Shown: positions 9,020 to 18,406 of the stretch, in pieces
Position numbering within the stretch: position 1 is the first letter of the stretch
How the letters are laid out: each line of letters starts with the position of its first letter
Assembly (NCBI GenBank): GCA_963836235.1
Contig: CAWIIP010000003.1
Location: 1-52,236 of the forward strand
Reading direction: 5' to 3'
Length of the DNA: 52,236 nt
From: an uncultured Pseudomonadota bacterium
GTDB taxonomy: Bacteria > Oederibacteriota > Muellerivitia > Muellerivitales > Muellerivitaceae
Notes under the pieces: model-generated
Databases searched by the model: none
Seen by the model: only the letters and a program-made list of their open reading frames with translations
Told to the model about the DNA's origin: nothing
Translations under genes and position numbers: made by a program

Positions 9020-10168
9020 ATGGCTGTCACCATTAGAACCGTTGACCTGAATAACAAAAAAGATGTGGAGCAGTTTCTTCACCTGCCTTGGAAAATTTAC
9101 GTATCACCCGACGGCAAAAAAGATCCCAACTGGGTTCCTCCCTTCCTGGATGACCAGCGCAGTCTCCTGAACCCCAGCAAAAACCCCTACCATCAACATA
9201 GCCAAACCATGCTTTTTATGGCCTTCAACGACAAAAACGAGTTGGTGGGCCGCATTTCCGCCAGTGTGGACGATAACTTTAATAAGTTTTGGAACGACAA
9301 AGTCGGTTTCTTCGGTTGGTTTGAGTGCATCAACGACCCGGCCGTGGCCCTGGCCCTTTTCCAGGCCGGTGAGAAATTCTTTAAGGATGGCGGCATGACC
9401 AGCGTCCGCGGTCCCGCCAGTTTCACTTCCAACGACGACTATTTCGGTTTTCTCTTAGAGGGTTTCGACTCCCCGGCTCGCATCGCCATGACCTACAACC
9501 CGCCCTATTACCTGGGATTAGCTGAGAAATGCGGATACACCAAGACTAAAGATCTTTACGCCTGGTACCTTTCGGCGCAGATCGACCTGCCAGAACGCAT
9601 CGTCAAAATCGCCGAACGCACCATGAAACGGGAGCGCATCACCATCCGCCCCCTCAACATGAAAAGGCTTTATGAGGACGCCGCCGTTCTCAAGGAACTC
9701 TACAACAAGATTTGGGAAAAAAACTGGGGCTTCGTTCCCATGACCGACGCGGAATTCAACTATCAGGTCAAGAAGCTCAAGGATATCGTCTGGCCCGATT
9801 TCGTGGTGTTCGCCGAGGTGGATGGCAAGGCTATCGGCTTCAACCTGGTGGTTCCCGACGTGAACCAGGCGCTCATCAAGATGGACGGCGAGCTTTTTTC
9901 GTTTCACGACCCCTTCGCGCTGGTGAAGTTCCTCACTTGTAAGTTTGACGATACTCGCGAGATGGCCATGGGAGTTCTTCCCGAATACCGCAAGAAGGGC
10001 CTTGAAGCCATTCTTTATCTGGAAGCCTTAAAAACCGGAAAAAAACGCAAGATCAAGGGCGGCGAATTGTCCTGGACCTTGGAAGACAACGAGGGCATTA
10101 ACAACGGAATCGCGGCCATGGGCGGGAAGATCATCAAAAAATACCGGGTTTACAGCAAAACTCTTTAA
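9020..10168 (+). CDS. Tandem-GNAT N-acyltransferase, YghO/bacterial ceramide synthase (bCerS)-like
   Basis: LPWKIY..DPNWVPP, KNPY, VGRISA, GFFGWFEC, RGP, MTYNPPYY, WEKNWGFVPMT, ELSWTLEDN; GGAG RBS before ATG 9020. Confidence 0.8.
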   Translation: MAVTIRTVDLNNKKDVEQFLHLPWKIYVSPDGKKDPNWVPPFLDDQRSLLNPSKNPYHQHSQTMLFMAFNDKNELVGRISASVDDNFNKFWNDKVGFFGWFECINDPAVALALFQAGEKFFKDGGMTSVRGPASFTSNDDYFGFLLEGFDSPARIAMTYNPPYYLGLAEKCGYTKTKDLYAWYLSAQIDLPERIVKIAERTMKRERITIRPLNMKRLYEDAAVLKELYNKIWEKNWGFVPMTDAEFNYQVKKLKDIVWPDFVVFAEVDGKAIGFNLVVPDVNQALIKMDGELFSFHDPFALVKFLTCKFDDTREMAMGVLPEYRKKGLEAILYLEALKTGKKRKIKGGELSWTLEDNEGINNGIAAMGGKIIKKYRVYSKTL

Positions 10169-10176
10169 TACCCTTT

Positions 10177-10269
10177 AACCACCAAGGACACCAAGAAAGC
10201 GAAAGAAGTAATATTTAAGAAAATCTCTTAAGGCTTTGTCATTGGCCTTTCTTGGTGCCCTTGGTGGTT
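10177..10269. repeat. Long inverted repeat (23-bp arms, 1 mismatch, 47-nt spacer) between convergent genes; REP/MITE-like, may act as terminator
   Basis: AACCACCAAGGACACCAAGAAAG (10177-10199) pairs with CTTTCTTGGTGCCCTTGGTGGTT (10247-10269). Confidence 0.75.
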
Positions 10270-10286
10270 CAAACGCCTTTTTATTG

Positions 10287-11048
10287 TCAAATCCCGAAAA
10301 GCAAACCTATTTCTAAGGGCACCACAATGTTCGGGCTGTCGGTGGAGCCGTCGCCGGCGAAATGCGCTGTGGTGAAATCATAAGACAGCTTTCCCTGGAA
10401 AAAGGCCGCCATTCCCCCGCCCAAGCGCATCTCCAATCCCAAACCGCCTTCCGCTAAAAAATCGAATTCAATAGCACTGATCGGAATATATTCATAGTAG
10501 TCGTTGGTATCGATAACCACGCCCCCGTCGCTTCGGTATTCGTTATAGGACAACCCCGGACCGAAGAAAAAATAGGGGCTGAAGTCCGAATCCAGCAACC
10601 GGTACCGGGCCCAAAACACGGCTTCGATAATCGTAAAATTATTGCCGTGAGTTAGGTTGTCGTTCTTGGAGTCAAAAAGGTCCAAATCCAAATCAAGCCA
10701 GATGGAAAATTGGCTGGTCACCTTATAGCCGGTTCCCAAATCCGCGTTGAAACCCGTCCCAAAAGCGGCTCGAAGATTCGGGCTTTGGGGCAAGCCTATT
10801 CCCAGTCCCGCAGAGGACATGAATTCAGAGGATTTCTTTTTTTTCATTTGTTCGGGAATCGGTCCCGCTGACTCCGGGGCCCAAGTCGGTGCTAGGATGG
10901 GGGTGTTCGTGGGCCGGGGCGTGATAGTCGCTGTCTGCGTGGGTGTGGCGGTCGGCGTCAAGGCCAATGGCGTCGGAGTGGGGCTAAAGCCTGATGCGCC
11001 TTGGACAAAAGAAAACAAAGCCAAAGCCAAAAAAATATAAGCTTTCAT
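10287..11048 (-). CDS. Outer-membrane beta-barrel protein (8-stranded type) with Thr/Pro-rich N-terminal segment
   Basis: Signal peptide MKAYIFLALAL..., PTPT tract, amphipathic strands (SPYFFFGPGLSY, EGGLGLEMRL), terminal LLFGI; start moved to ATG 11048 with GGAG RBS. Confidence 0.72.
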   Translation of the reverse strand: MKAYIFLALALFSFVQGASGFSPTPTPLALTPTATPTQTATITPRPTNTPILAPTWAPESAGPIPEQMKKKKSSEFMSSAGLGIGLPQSPNLRAAFGTGFNADLGTGYKVTSQFSIWLDLDLDLFDSKNDNLTHGNNFTIIEAVFWARYRLLDSDFSPYFFFGPGLSYNEYRSDGGVVIDTNDYYEYIPISAIEFDFLAEGGLGLEMRLGGGMAAFFQGKLSYDFTTAHFAGDGSTDSPNIVVPLEIGLLFGI

Positions 11049-11186
11049 TCCAACTCCCAAGCGTTTCGCGTAAATTTCCTTCAGGCAATCGACAAATTTT
11101 ATCATGAAGAACTTGCGAAATCCTTGTCCAATCAAAGGGAATGTTCATCGAAGAAAAGGACCTTGCGGGAAACGGCCTTCTTTAAA

Positions 11187-14100
11187 TCAACGCAAAACAA
11201 TCAACTTTACGAGGGTGGATTTTCCGGCAACCAATACCCTCACGTAATAAAGCCCATCCGCCAGGTTGTTTCCCCAATTGTCCTTCAGGGTGAGGACCGG
11301 GCCCAAACCAACCGGCTGTTGGGGAAAGAAAGCGTCTCTTACTTTGCGGAAAGCGGTGGTCCATATCTGTACCTTCACCTCCGACGGCGCCGCAAGAAAT
11401 AAAGCCAGCTGGACCTGATCCGTACCTGAAACGGGGTTTGGATAAACCACAATTTTCCCTCCTGGAAGGGGTGTTGCGGTCGGCGTCGAGGAAGGCGTGG
11501 CTTTCGGAGTCGGGGTCGAGGAAAAACTGCTCGTCGGTGTCGAAGTCATGGAAACGGTGAATGTCGGCGTACTCGTGGGGGTAAAAGAGTTAATGGGTGT
11601 ATTGGTCGAGGTACCGGTAGGCGTGGCAGTAGGTGTTATGGTTGGCGTATCGGTAATCGTGAAGGTCGCCGTCAGGGTGGCGGTCAGGGTGGGGGTTGAA
11701 GTTGGAGTTATCGTGGGGGTCGCGGAAGGGGTAAAGGTGGGGGTCATCGTCGGGGTGGACGTCAGGGTTGGGGTAACGGTCCAGGTAGGTGTTGATGTCG
11801 GCGTGGAGGTAAGAGTGGCTGTGGGGGTGAATGTGGGAAAGAGGCAGCAATTGGAGGTATAAACTCCGGTATTGTTCATTATCCATACCTGGCCGTTCCA
11901 GGAAATGGTGTCGGCGGAAAATTCCGTCATGTTGCCGATGCCCACCGCGGCATTGGTTTGGGTCCAATGGACCCCATCCTGGGTAACCCACACATCCGTG
12001 ACATTTCCCGAGGCCGTGGTCCCCCCCATCACCCAAAGGGCGTCGCCGCAAACCACGGCCAGGTGGCCCGCGCGCGCGGAGAAGACCGGCCCCGAAGGAA
12101 CCACCTGGGTCCAACCCGACCCGTTTTTGGAAGTCCAAATGTCATTGAGGAAGCTGTTGCCCGCGGCATTTTCTCCCCCAATCACCCAGAGCTGATTGTT
12201 AAAGGCAACACTGGCAAAATTTCGCCGAGCTGGAAAAGCCGCATTCAAGGTAGCCGGGTTCCAAGTGATGCCGTCGGCGGAGGACCAAACATCGTTAGTC
12301 ACCGCACCCGAGGAAGTCAGTCCCCCCATTGCCCAAAGGCTCCCCGCATAGGTCGCCGCGCCGAAATCATCCCGGGCCGCGAATCCGGCATTTCCCGTGG
12401 TTTTGGTAAAAACACCCCCATCCCAAGACTTCCAAACGTCGTTCATGTAGGTTGTGCCACCCTTAATTCCTCCCAAAACCCAGAGGAAACCATTGAAAGT
12501 AACGGCCTCATAATTCGCTCGGTTCGACACCGGGCCAGGTGCCACATTGGCCCCGTTCCATGCCGTTCCATTCCAAGAAATATCGTAAGTACTCCCGGTG
12601 ATAGTTCCCCCGACCACCCAGGGGATGGCACCGTTCCCGTCATGGGCGTCGAAAACCACTGCTTCATCCCCGTTCACCGCGACATTGGCGAATAAGGACC
12701 AAAAATTTCCGGGCTGGCCCGTCCCGCAGGCCGAAAGCATGGCAGTTGAGGTAGGTGTAGGGCTGACGGTCGGGGTGTAGGTAGCCGCAGGTAGAATTGT
12801 CACTCCCATGGAAAGGGCCGCCGCCAGATCCAGCCTTCCCCATCCACTGGTATTGTTATGGGTGCCTTGGGTACCAATAACCTGGTGGGCCGTGTTTTCG
12901 AGGATTTGCTGGACTTGGAAGTTCGGTAATGCGGGATTGACCGCCAGCAAAAGGGCCGCCGCCGCGCTGACAAAAGGAGTCGCGCCTGAGGTTCCCGAGG
13001 CGATGCCATAATTGTTGTCGCAGGGATCGGCTTCGTTGTTGGGGTCGGCGTTCACCACCGGGCAATTCAGGCGAGTGCTGAATAGGTCGTCGGCGGTATC
13101 CAAGGTTCCAATGATGGAAGCCGCCGCCCCGCCCGGTGCCACCAGCGACAGGTTGGCCCCGGTTTGGGAATAGGTGGTCACCGTGTCTGTGGGGCCTACC
13201 GCTCCCACCGCGATCACCCCCGGGATGGCCGCCGGATAATAGAGCGGCTGGGCGTTGCCGCTATTTCCCGCCGCCGCGGTTATCACGCAATTATTATTCA
13301 AGCCATAGGTGACCGCTTCCCCCAAAAGGGGGTCCGCCGAGGGGTCGCCCAGGGACATATTCAATACCTTGGCCCCGTTCTCCACCGCGAAATAAACCCC
13401 GTTGACCACTTCCACCGAATTGGACGAATTGACCGGAACGCCGTTGGAAGCGACACCCTGGATCACTTTCACCGGCATGATCTTCAGCAACCCCGGGTAA
13501 CCCGCCACGCCCACCCAGCCGCCGTTGAAAGGCGCCGCGGGCACGGTCCCAGTCGTGCAAAAAAGGGCGCCCCCCGCGTTGTTCCATTGGGCCGCCAAAA
13601 GCCCGGTCACCCAAGTGCCATGGCCCCAATTGTCGAGGGAATCGGTCGTATCGCTGTTGTAGTCAAATGTGGTGTTATAGCCGGGGACGAACATGGAGGA
13701 GGGTAAGTCGGGATGATTGGTCGTCAAATAATCGGAAGCCACTCCTGTGTCCAAAACCGCTACCGTGACCGGATTGGCCGCCGGGCAGGCCAGTTGGGTC
13801 GAGAGGGTAGCCCAAGCGGCGGGGGCGTTGATTAGGGTCAGGGCCCAATTGACATTGCCGTCGCCCCCAATCCCGGCGCAGGCGGTCGCCGGCACGGGAT
13901 CGGTGGTGTAATAGGCGTCCGTCAGTGAAGTGGGAGCGGTGCAAGTTTGGGTTGCGTAAAAAATATAATTGGGTTGGGCATAGGAAACCGCCGGGTCTTT
14001 TTCGATGCGGGCGACGGCCTCTTGCACCGAAAGTCCGGGTGGAATTTTGATTTCCAGGACATCGGGACGGAATCGAAGGGGTTTGGACGAACCCAAAGAG

Positions 14101-14291
14101 TTGGAAACCCTCCGCTTGTCCGCAACCCCAATAGAAGGGTTTAGTTTTACAAGGATTTCATCCGACATGAAAAGCGGGCCGCTAGGGGCGGAAGCCGCCT
14201 GAGCCTGCGAAGGATTGCCGAGAATAGCTGTGAGTGAAAGACCTAAGGCGAGGAGTTGAAATAAAGCGCGTTGTTGAGGTCGAAGTCTCAT
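11187..14291 (-). CDS. Secreted S8 subtilisin-like serine protease + kelch-like propeller + Thr/Pro linker + T9SS type-A-like C-terminal domain
   Basis: Triad VAVLDTG / GHGTWVTG / [13 protein letters not shown] oxyanion motif, prodomain YAQPNY; about 6 kelch-like repeats (LWVxGG...NDVWxSxDG..W); CTD VYPNP...GLYYVRV...KLIVLR; start 14291 preferred to 14351. Confidence 0.88.
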   Translation of the reverse strand: MRLRPQQRALFQLLALGLSLTAILGNPSQAQAASAPSGPLFMSDEILVKLNPSIGVADKRRVSNSLGSSKPLRFRPDVLEIKIPPGLSVQEAVARIEKDPAVSYAQPNYIFYATQTCTAPTSLTDAYYTTDPVPATACAGIGGDGNVNWALTLINAPAAWATLSTQLACPAANPVTVAVLDTGVASDYLTTNHPDLPSSMFVPGYNTTFDYNSDTTDSLDNWGHGTWVTGLLAAQWNNAGGALFCTTGTVPAAPFNGGWVGVAGYPGLLKIMPVKVIQGVASNGVPVNSSNSVEVVNGVYFAVENGAKVLNMSLGDPSADPLLGEAVTYGLNNNCVITAAAGNSGNAQPLYYPAAIPGVIAVGAVGPTDTVTTYSQTGANLSLVAPGGAAASIIGTLDTADDLFSTRLNCPVVNADPNNEADPCDNNYGIASGTSGATPFVSAAAALLLAVNPALPNFQVQQILENTAHQVIGTQGTHNNTSGWGRLDLAAALSMGVTILPAATYTPTVSPTPTSTAMLSACGTGQPGNFWSLFANVAVNGDEAVVFDAHDGNGAIPWVVGGTITGSTYDISWNGTAWNGANVAPGPVSNRANYEAVTFNGFLWVLGGIKGGTTYMNDVWKSWDGGVFTKTTGNAGFAARDDFGAATYAGSLWAMGGLTSSGAVTNDVWSSADGITWNPATLNAAFPARRNFASVAFNNQLWVIGGENAAGNSFLNDIWTSKNGSGWTQVVPSGPVFSARAGHLAVVCGDALWVMGGTTASGNVTDVWVTQDGVHWTQTNAAVGIGNMTEFSADTISWNGQVWIMNNTGVYTSNCCLFPTFTPTATLTSTPTSTPTWTVTPTLTSTPTMTPTFTPSATPTITPTSTPTLTATLTATFTITDTPTITPTATPTGTSTNTPINSFTPTSTPTFTVSMTSTPTSSFSSTPTPKATPSSTPTATPLPGGKIVVYPNPVSGTDQVQLALFLAAPSEVKVQIWTTAFRKVRDAFFPQQPVGLGPVLTLKDNWGNNLADGLYYVRVLVAGKSTLVKLIVLR

Positions 14292-14487
14292 TCCATACCT
14301 TTGCGTAACAAACGGATTCGAGTTCTTATTAATCAGCGTTAATCTGCGCAAATTTGCGGCTAATACCCTTGGCTGAATATGCCTCTATTGTACCCCCGCC
14401 TCCCTAGCCCTGCCACCCGCGCGGGCCTTGCATTTGAGGTTAAAAAATGGAATCTTGGCCTTAACTTAACCTTCCAAAAGGACCGCC

Positions 14488-14895
14488 ATGCCCTATCCCA
14501 AAGCCAGTTATGAAGTTTTAATCCTGGAATCCCACCTGGATACTTTCGGCCACATGAACAACGCCGACTACCTGACGCTTTTTGAGGAGGCCCGATGGGA
14601 CTTCATCACCAAGAACGGCTACGGCCTCAAGAAGGTGCAGGAACTCCAACAAGGCCCCATCGTCCTGGAGCTAAACTTGAAATTCAAAAAGGAAATCACG
14701 CTTCGGGAGAAGATCAAAATTACCCTTGAGATGCTGGACTATAAGGGAAAAATCAGCCATTTTCGCCAGGAAATGATCAAGGAAGATGGAACAGTCGCCA
14801 CCCAATTGGAGCTGACTTTCGGCCTCTTCGACCTCAAGACCCGGCGGCTGGTGGAACCCTCCCCCGAGTGGAAGAAGGCTATTGGGCTTCCCTGA
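14488..14895 (+). CDS. Acyl-CoA thioesterase (hotdog fold, 4HBT/YbgC-like)
   Basis: DTFGHMNNADYLTLFEEAR motif. Confidence 0.9.
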   Translation: MPYPKASYEVLILESHLDTFGHMNNADYLTLFEEARWDFITKNGYGLKKVQELQQGPIVLELNLKFKKEITLREKIKITLEMLDYKGKISHFRQEMIKEDGTVATQLELTFGLFDLKTRRLVEPSPEWKKAIGLP

Positions 14896-14937
14896 AATCT
14901 AAAATGCTGTCATTGATGTGATGAAAGCGCGCTCATC

Positions 14938-15774
14938 TTAATTGAAGGCATCCCTAGATATACCCTTTAATAAAATCTCAGCTTCCTCTTTCAAAATAGT
15001 TAAAACATGTTCTTCAACTAAACCATGAATATCCCGGTTATCCTCACCCTCACCTTTCAATTCCCCAAGGTTGCACAGAAAGCTTTGTAACAATCTCACG
15101 GCTTTCTCATTACGGTGATCATCGATCGCAGTTTGAATGGCTTGCGCTTTATTCTTTAATAAGCCGCATATTTTATTCGATTTAATGAGTCCTAACTGAC
15201 AGGCGATTTCGATATCGCTTAAAAGATCCCTTGGCAAAACAACAGGGTTGGCTTTAACCGTTTGTTCTCGGGGATTAAAATCAACTTGAATTTGACGTAA
15301 AGTTCCAACATTAACCAAAACGTTTAAAACTTCATTTTGTGCCCCCTTTAAATTTGGAAATAAGCCGACAATATTAAGCTGGCTTACACCCAGAGCTATT
15401 CCCCGGAGATTTAGAGTGTATGTTTGCGCTGTGGTGGTTTTAATATTTATGTCCCAAGAAGTTGTAGACTGCACCTCCCCGGTTTCATCATCTTCTATGT
15501 TGCTTTGCGCGGCTCTGGAATTTGGGATTCCGTAGAGGCCGTTTGGCCAATTTTGTGTTTGCTCCCCCACTCTATTCACGGGCAAATGGACGTTAGCGCC
15601 TGTCGTGTTACCCAGGGAATCCACCACCCATATCAACGCGGGAGGTGTGGACGTATCAATGACCAAAACCGTATCTGTTCGCGGATTAAGTGAAAATGGT
15701 ATGTCCTGGGCGCCGACTTCAAATGCGATCAATAAAAAGAATCCCACAGTTAGAAAAAAGTATTTTTTATTCAC
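14938..15774 (-). CDS. Exported hypothetical protein with helical C-terminal module (FIMAH-like)
   Basis: Signal peptide (VGA-Q); AT-richer than neighbours; C-terminal helical bundle pattern. Confidence 0.55.
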   Translation of the reverse strand: MNKKYFFLTVGFFLLIAFEVGAQDIPFSLNPRTDTVLVIDTSTPPALIWVVDSLGNTTGANVHLPVNRVGEQTQNWPNGLYGIPNSRAAQSNIEDDETGEVQSTTSWDINIKTTTAQTYTLNLRGIALGVSQLNIVGLFPNLKGAQNEVLNVLVNVGTLRQIQVDFNPREQTVKANPVVLPRDLLSDIEIACQLGLIKSNKICGLLKNKAQAIQTAIDDHRNEKAVRLLQSFLCNLGELKGEGEDNRDIHGLVEEHVLTILKEEAEILLKGISRDAFN

Positions 15775-15781
15775 TTTCGCC

Positions 15782-16894
15782 TCACTTGGCCGAACCCAGC
15801 CCCTTGACGAGGGCCGGCCAGTCCGTCTCCGGGAGCAGTTTCTTCGGTTTCACCGGATGGGGGGCTTGGGACGAAACGATTTCTTTCAGTTTTTCGATCC
15901 GGTCCCCGGTGGCCGGATGGTCGGAAACGAATTTGAGATACTGGGGCATCTTTTCCTCTTCTTTAATCTTCTCGAAAAAGCCGATCATCCCTTTTGGGTC
16001 GATACCGGAGGCCAGGATCATTTTCATTCCCTCCCGGTCGGCTTCCGCCTCCTCATCCCGGCTATATTTCATCAGGGCCAGGTTGCCCGCGCTTTTCACG
16101 CCGAAAGCCATGCTTCCCGCCATATCCCCCGAAAGGGCCGAAATGAGCAGTCCGGTGGAGGATTCCTGGATCAGCCGCCGGGTCGTGTGGCGCTTGAGGA
16201 CATGCTGCATCTCATGGGCCAGGACGCCGGCCAGTTCCTCCGAGGATCGGGTCTGCTCCAGCAAGCCCCGGAAAACCACGATGTTCCCCCCCGGCAGGGC
16301 GAACGCGTTCACGATGGGAAGGTCGCAAACCGTCACTTGAAAACGGTAGGGACATTCGCGCAGGGTGCTGATCAATTTCGCCACGATTTTCCAGATCGCC
16401 TGGTCCATGGCGGGGTCGTGAAGGCGGGTTTCGGCCGGAACCAATTGGTCCAAGGTGGATTTCCCCAGCCCCTCCTCCCAACTGACGGGAACATGGGCTG
16501 CGGCCTTTTCGGCAAGCGCGGGTATTCCCCAAAGGTAAGCCGCGAAAGACAGGGCCAGGGTGGCCAAAGCGGCAAAAAGCGTCAGCCACAAACGGGCCAG
16601 GCGAAAACCGGGATTGTGAAAACGCCCGGCTTGGCCCCTGGCCTTGGCCCGCAAGCTGTTTAAGAATTCCGTATCCGAAACGGTGAGGGCCTCGGTAATC
16701 CCCTCACCCCTTTCCAACCGCACGGGTTCACCGGCGTAATTTCCCTGAACCTGGTGGATTTCCAAATAGGGCCAAACCCGGGTATCTCCTCCCTCCAGTT
16801 CAATCCTCAACCCGTCTTTCAAGGGCCGGATGACCGCTTCCCGGGGAGACGAAGTCTTACCGTCCAGGTATTGGCCTTCCCAAATGCTTTTCAT
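15782..16894 (-). CDS. M48-family metallopeptidase (partner of YjgN)
   Basis: NAFALPGG, LAGVLAHEMQH (HExxH), YSRDEEAEAD, SDHP; single TM. Confidence 0.92.
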   Translation of the reverse strand: MKSIWEGQYLDGKTSSPREAVIRPLKDGLRIELEGGDTRVWPYLEIHQVQGNYAGEPVRLERGEGITEALTVSDTEFLNSLRAKARGQAGRFHNPGFRLARLWLTLFAALATLALSFAAYLWGIPALAEKAAAHVPVSWEEGLGKSTLDQLVPAETRLHDPAMDQAIWKIVAKLISTLRECPYRFQVTVCDLPIVNAFALPGGNIVVFRGLLEQTRSSEELAGVLAHEMQHVLKRHTTRRLIQESSTGLLISALSGDMAGSMAFGVKSAGNLALMKYSRDEEAEADREGMKMILASGIDPKGMIGFFEKIKEEEKMPQYLKFVSDHPATGDRIEKLKEIVSSQAPHPVKPKKLLPETDWPALVKGLGSAK

Positions 16895-16909
16895 AAACCG
16901 CCTTTGGCC

Positions 16910-17869
16910 TTATCCCAGTTCGAAATCCAAATCCAGGAAACTGGCCAGCTCTTCCCCGGTGGCATTGACGGTTTGAGCGTCTTGTTCGATTGATCCCAAG
17001 TCCGTCGGGCCGTTCAAGGTCAGGTGGTTCAGCAGATAGTTCATGGAACGCACTTGGGCCCAAGGAAAGGCGAAACCAAGGGTGAAGAGGACTAACAGGG
17101 TGTTTCCCAGGTACAAGCTCAACATGCCTCCCACCGTGATGGTGCATTCAAAACGGGCGTCCCCAAAGGTGGTGTGGTTCCACATATAACGCGTCTTTTT
17201 GATTTGATACCAAATAAACGAAATGCCCAGGGTAAAGATGGCCAAGAGGTAGGAAGGGATAAAGAGACGGAACAAATCCTTTCCCTCGCCGTCGTAATCC
17301 AGGTTCCGGTTCCCCACATAGGTATTGGAGATGAGAAACTTGTCCCTCTGGGCGGCATAGTAGGGGGAGTAAAGCCCCAAAGTGACCATTTGGAGGAAAG
17401 TCCCCTTCAAAAACAGCGAAACATATTCCCCCCAAGTTTTTCGGAAGGAGAACCGGATACCCCGCCAGGCGGTTCGGCTAAGCCGATAGCGACGGGAACC
17501 CACGGTAGCCATAGGGATGAACACCACGATGAAAAGGGTGGAAAGCACCCCACCCACGATGATCTCGAACAGCCCCAAGCCCATCAATCGGGGCCCATAG
17601 CGGAGGAAGTAATAGGGGATTCCAAAAAACAACGCGGCTTTTAACCAGCCCAAAAAGGTTTCCTTGCCCGTTCCGTGGTAGGACAGCCGGTCGCCCTCGA
17701 ATTCGATCTGCCCCCAAATATATTTGCGGATCTTGACCCGGCCCCAAAAGAAGTAGATGCCCAGGGTAACGATGGCGAGAAAGAGATTCACGAAATGCAT
17801 CCCCAACAAAGTCCCTCCTTCCCCGTGGAAACTGAAGGTCTTCTTATTTTCTTGGATATCCATTGCCAC
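16910..17869 (-). CDS. YjgN/DUF898-family inner membrane protein
   Basis: FSFHGEGG, repeated IVTLGIY/MVTLGLY/IFTLG, RTAWRGIRF; classic pairing with M48 peptidase. Confidence 0.92.
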   Translation of the reverse strand: MAMDIQENKKTFSFHGEGGTLLGMHFVNLFLAIVTLGIYFFWGRVKIRKYIWGQIEFEGDRLSYHGTGKETFLGWLKAALFFGIPYYFLRYGPRLMGLGLFEIIVGGVLSTLFIVVFIPMATVGSRRYRLSRTAWRGIRFSFRKTWGEYVSLFLKGTFLQMVTLGLYSPYYAAQRDKFLISNTYVGNRNLDYDGEGKDLFRLFIPSYLLAIFTLGISFIWYQIKKTRYMWNHTTFGDARFECTITVGGMLSLYLGNTLLVLFTLGFAFPWAQVRSMNYLLNHLTLNGPTDLGSIEQDAQTVNATGEELASFLDLDFELG

Positions 17870-17932
17870 CCTCCCGTATAAATAATTGCCAAATAGGTAC
17901 TTTGAGTCCGATAAGCCGAAAGACGTCAGCCC

Positions 17933-18328
17933 TTATTTGCTTTGGTTGCCTTCGTCGATCTTGAGAACTTCCCGGACCTTTTCCATGACCTCGTTGACCC
18001 CGCAAGGCTTGCTGATAAAGGCCGAAACCTTGTATCCCTTTTCCATGAAATCCGGCTTCAAATCCTTGTAATGGCCTGAGACGACGATGACCGGCAGGCG
18101 GGGGTAATCTTTTTTCAGGACCTCAAAGGTGTCCAGGGTGTTTGCGGCCGGCATTTCCAGGTCGGTCACTAGAAGATCAATTTTTTCATCCTTGAGTTCG
18201 GCGAGAACCTGCGCGGCGTTGTCACAGGACAAAACCCGGAAGCCCGCTTTGCTAAAGGCCTTGAAATAAGCCAGCAGAACGCTGGCATTGTCGTCCGCGA
18301 ACAAGATCGTAAAATCCGATGTCTTCAT
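17933..18328 (-). CDS. Single-domain response regulator (CheY-like)
   Basis: ILFADD, LLVTDLEMP, VVSG, FISKP. Confidence 0.9.
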   Translation of the reverse strand: MKTSDFTILFADDNASVLLAYFKAFSKAGFRVLSCDNAAQVLAELKDEKIDLLVTDLEMPAANTLDTFEVLKKDYPRLPVIVVSGHYKDLKPDFMEKGYKVSAFISKPCGVNEVMEKVREVLKIDEGNQSK

Positions 18329-18406
18329 AATGTCTCCTTAATTTTATTGTTCTTCCGAGTAATTGTTTTCTGTCTTTGGTCCTTGTCCGGCCCCTCCATC
18401 CTTCCA

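Noticed and set aside
11460-11830. Repetitive DNA and Val/Gly-rich plus-strand ORF 11497-11862
   Set aside because: Antisense shadow of the Thr/Pro linker; not a CRISPR array or separate gene
15605-16663. 352-aa plus-strand ORF
   Set aside because: Antisense to the M48 peptidase, no recognisable motifs
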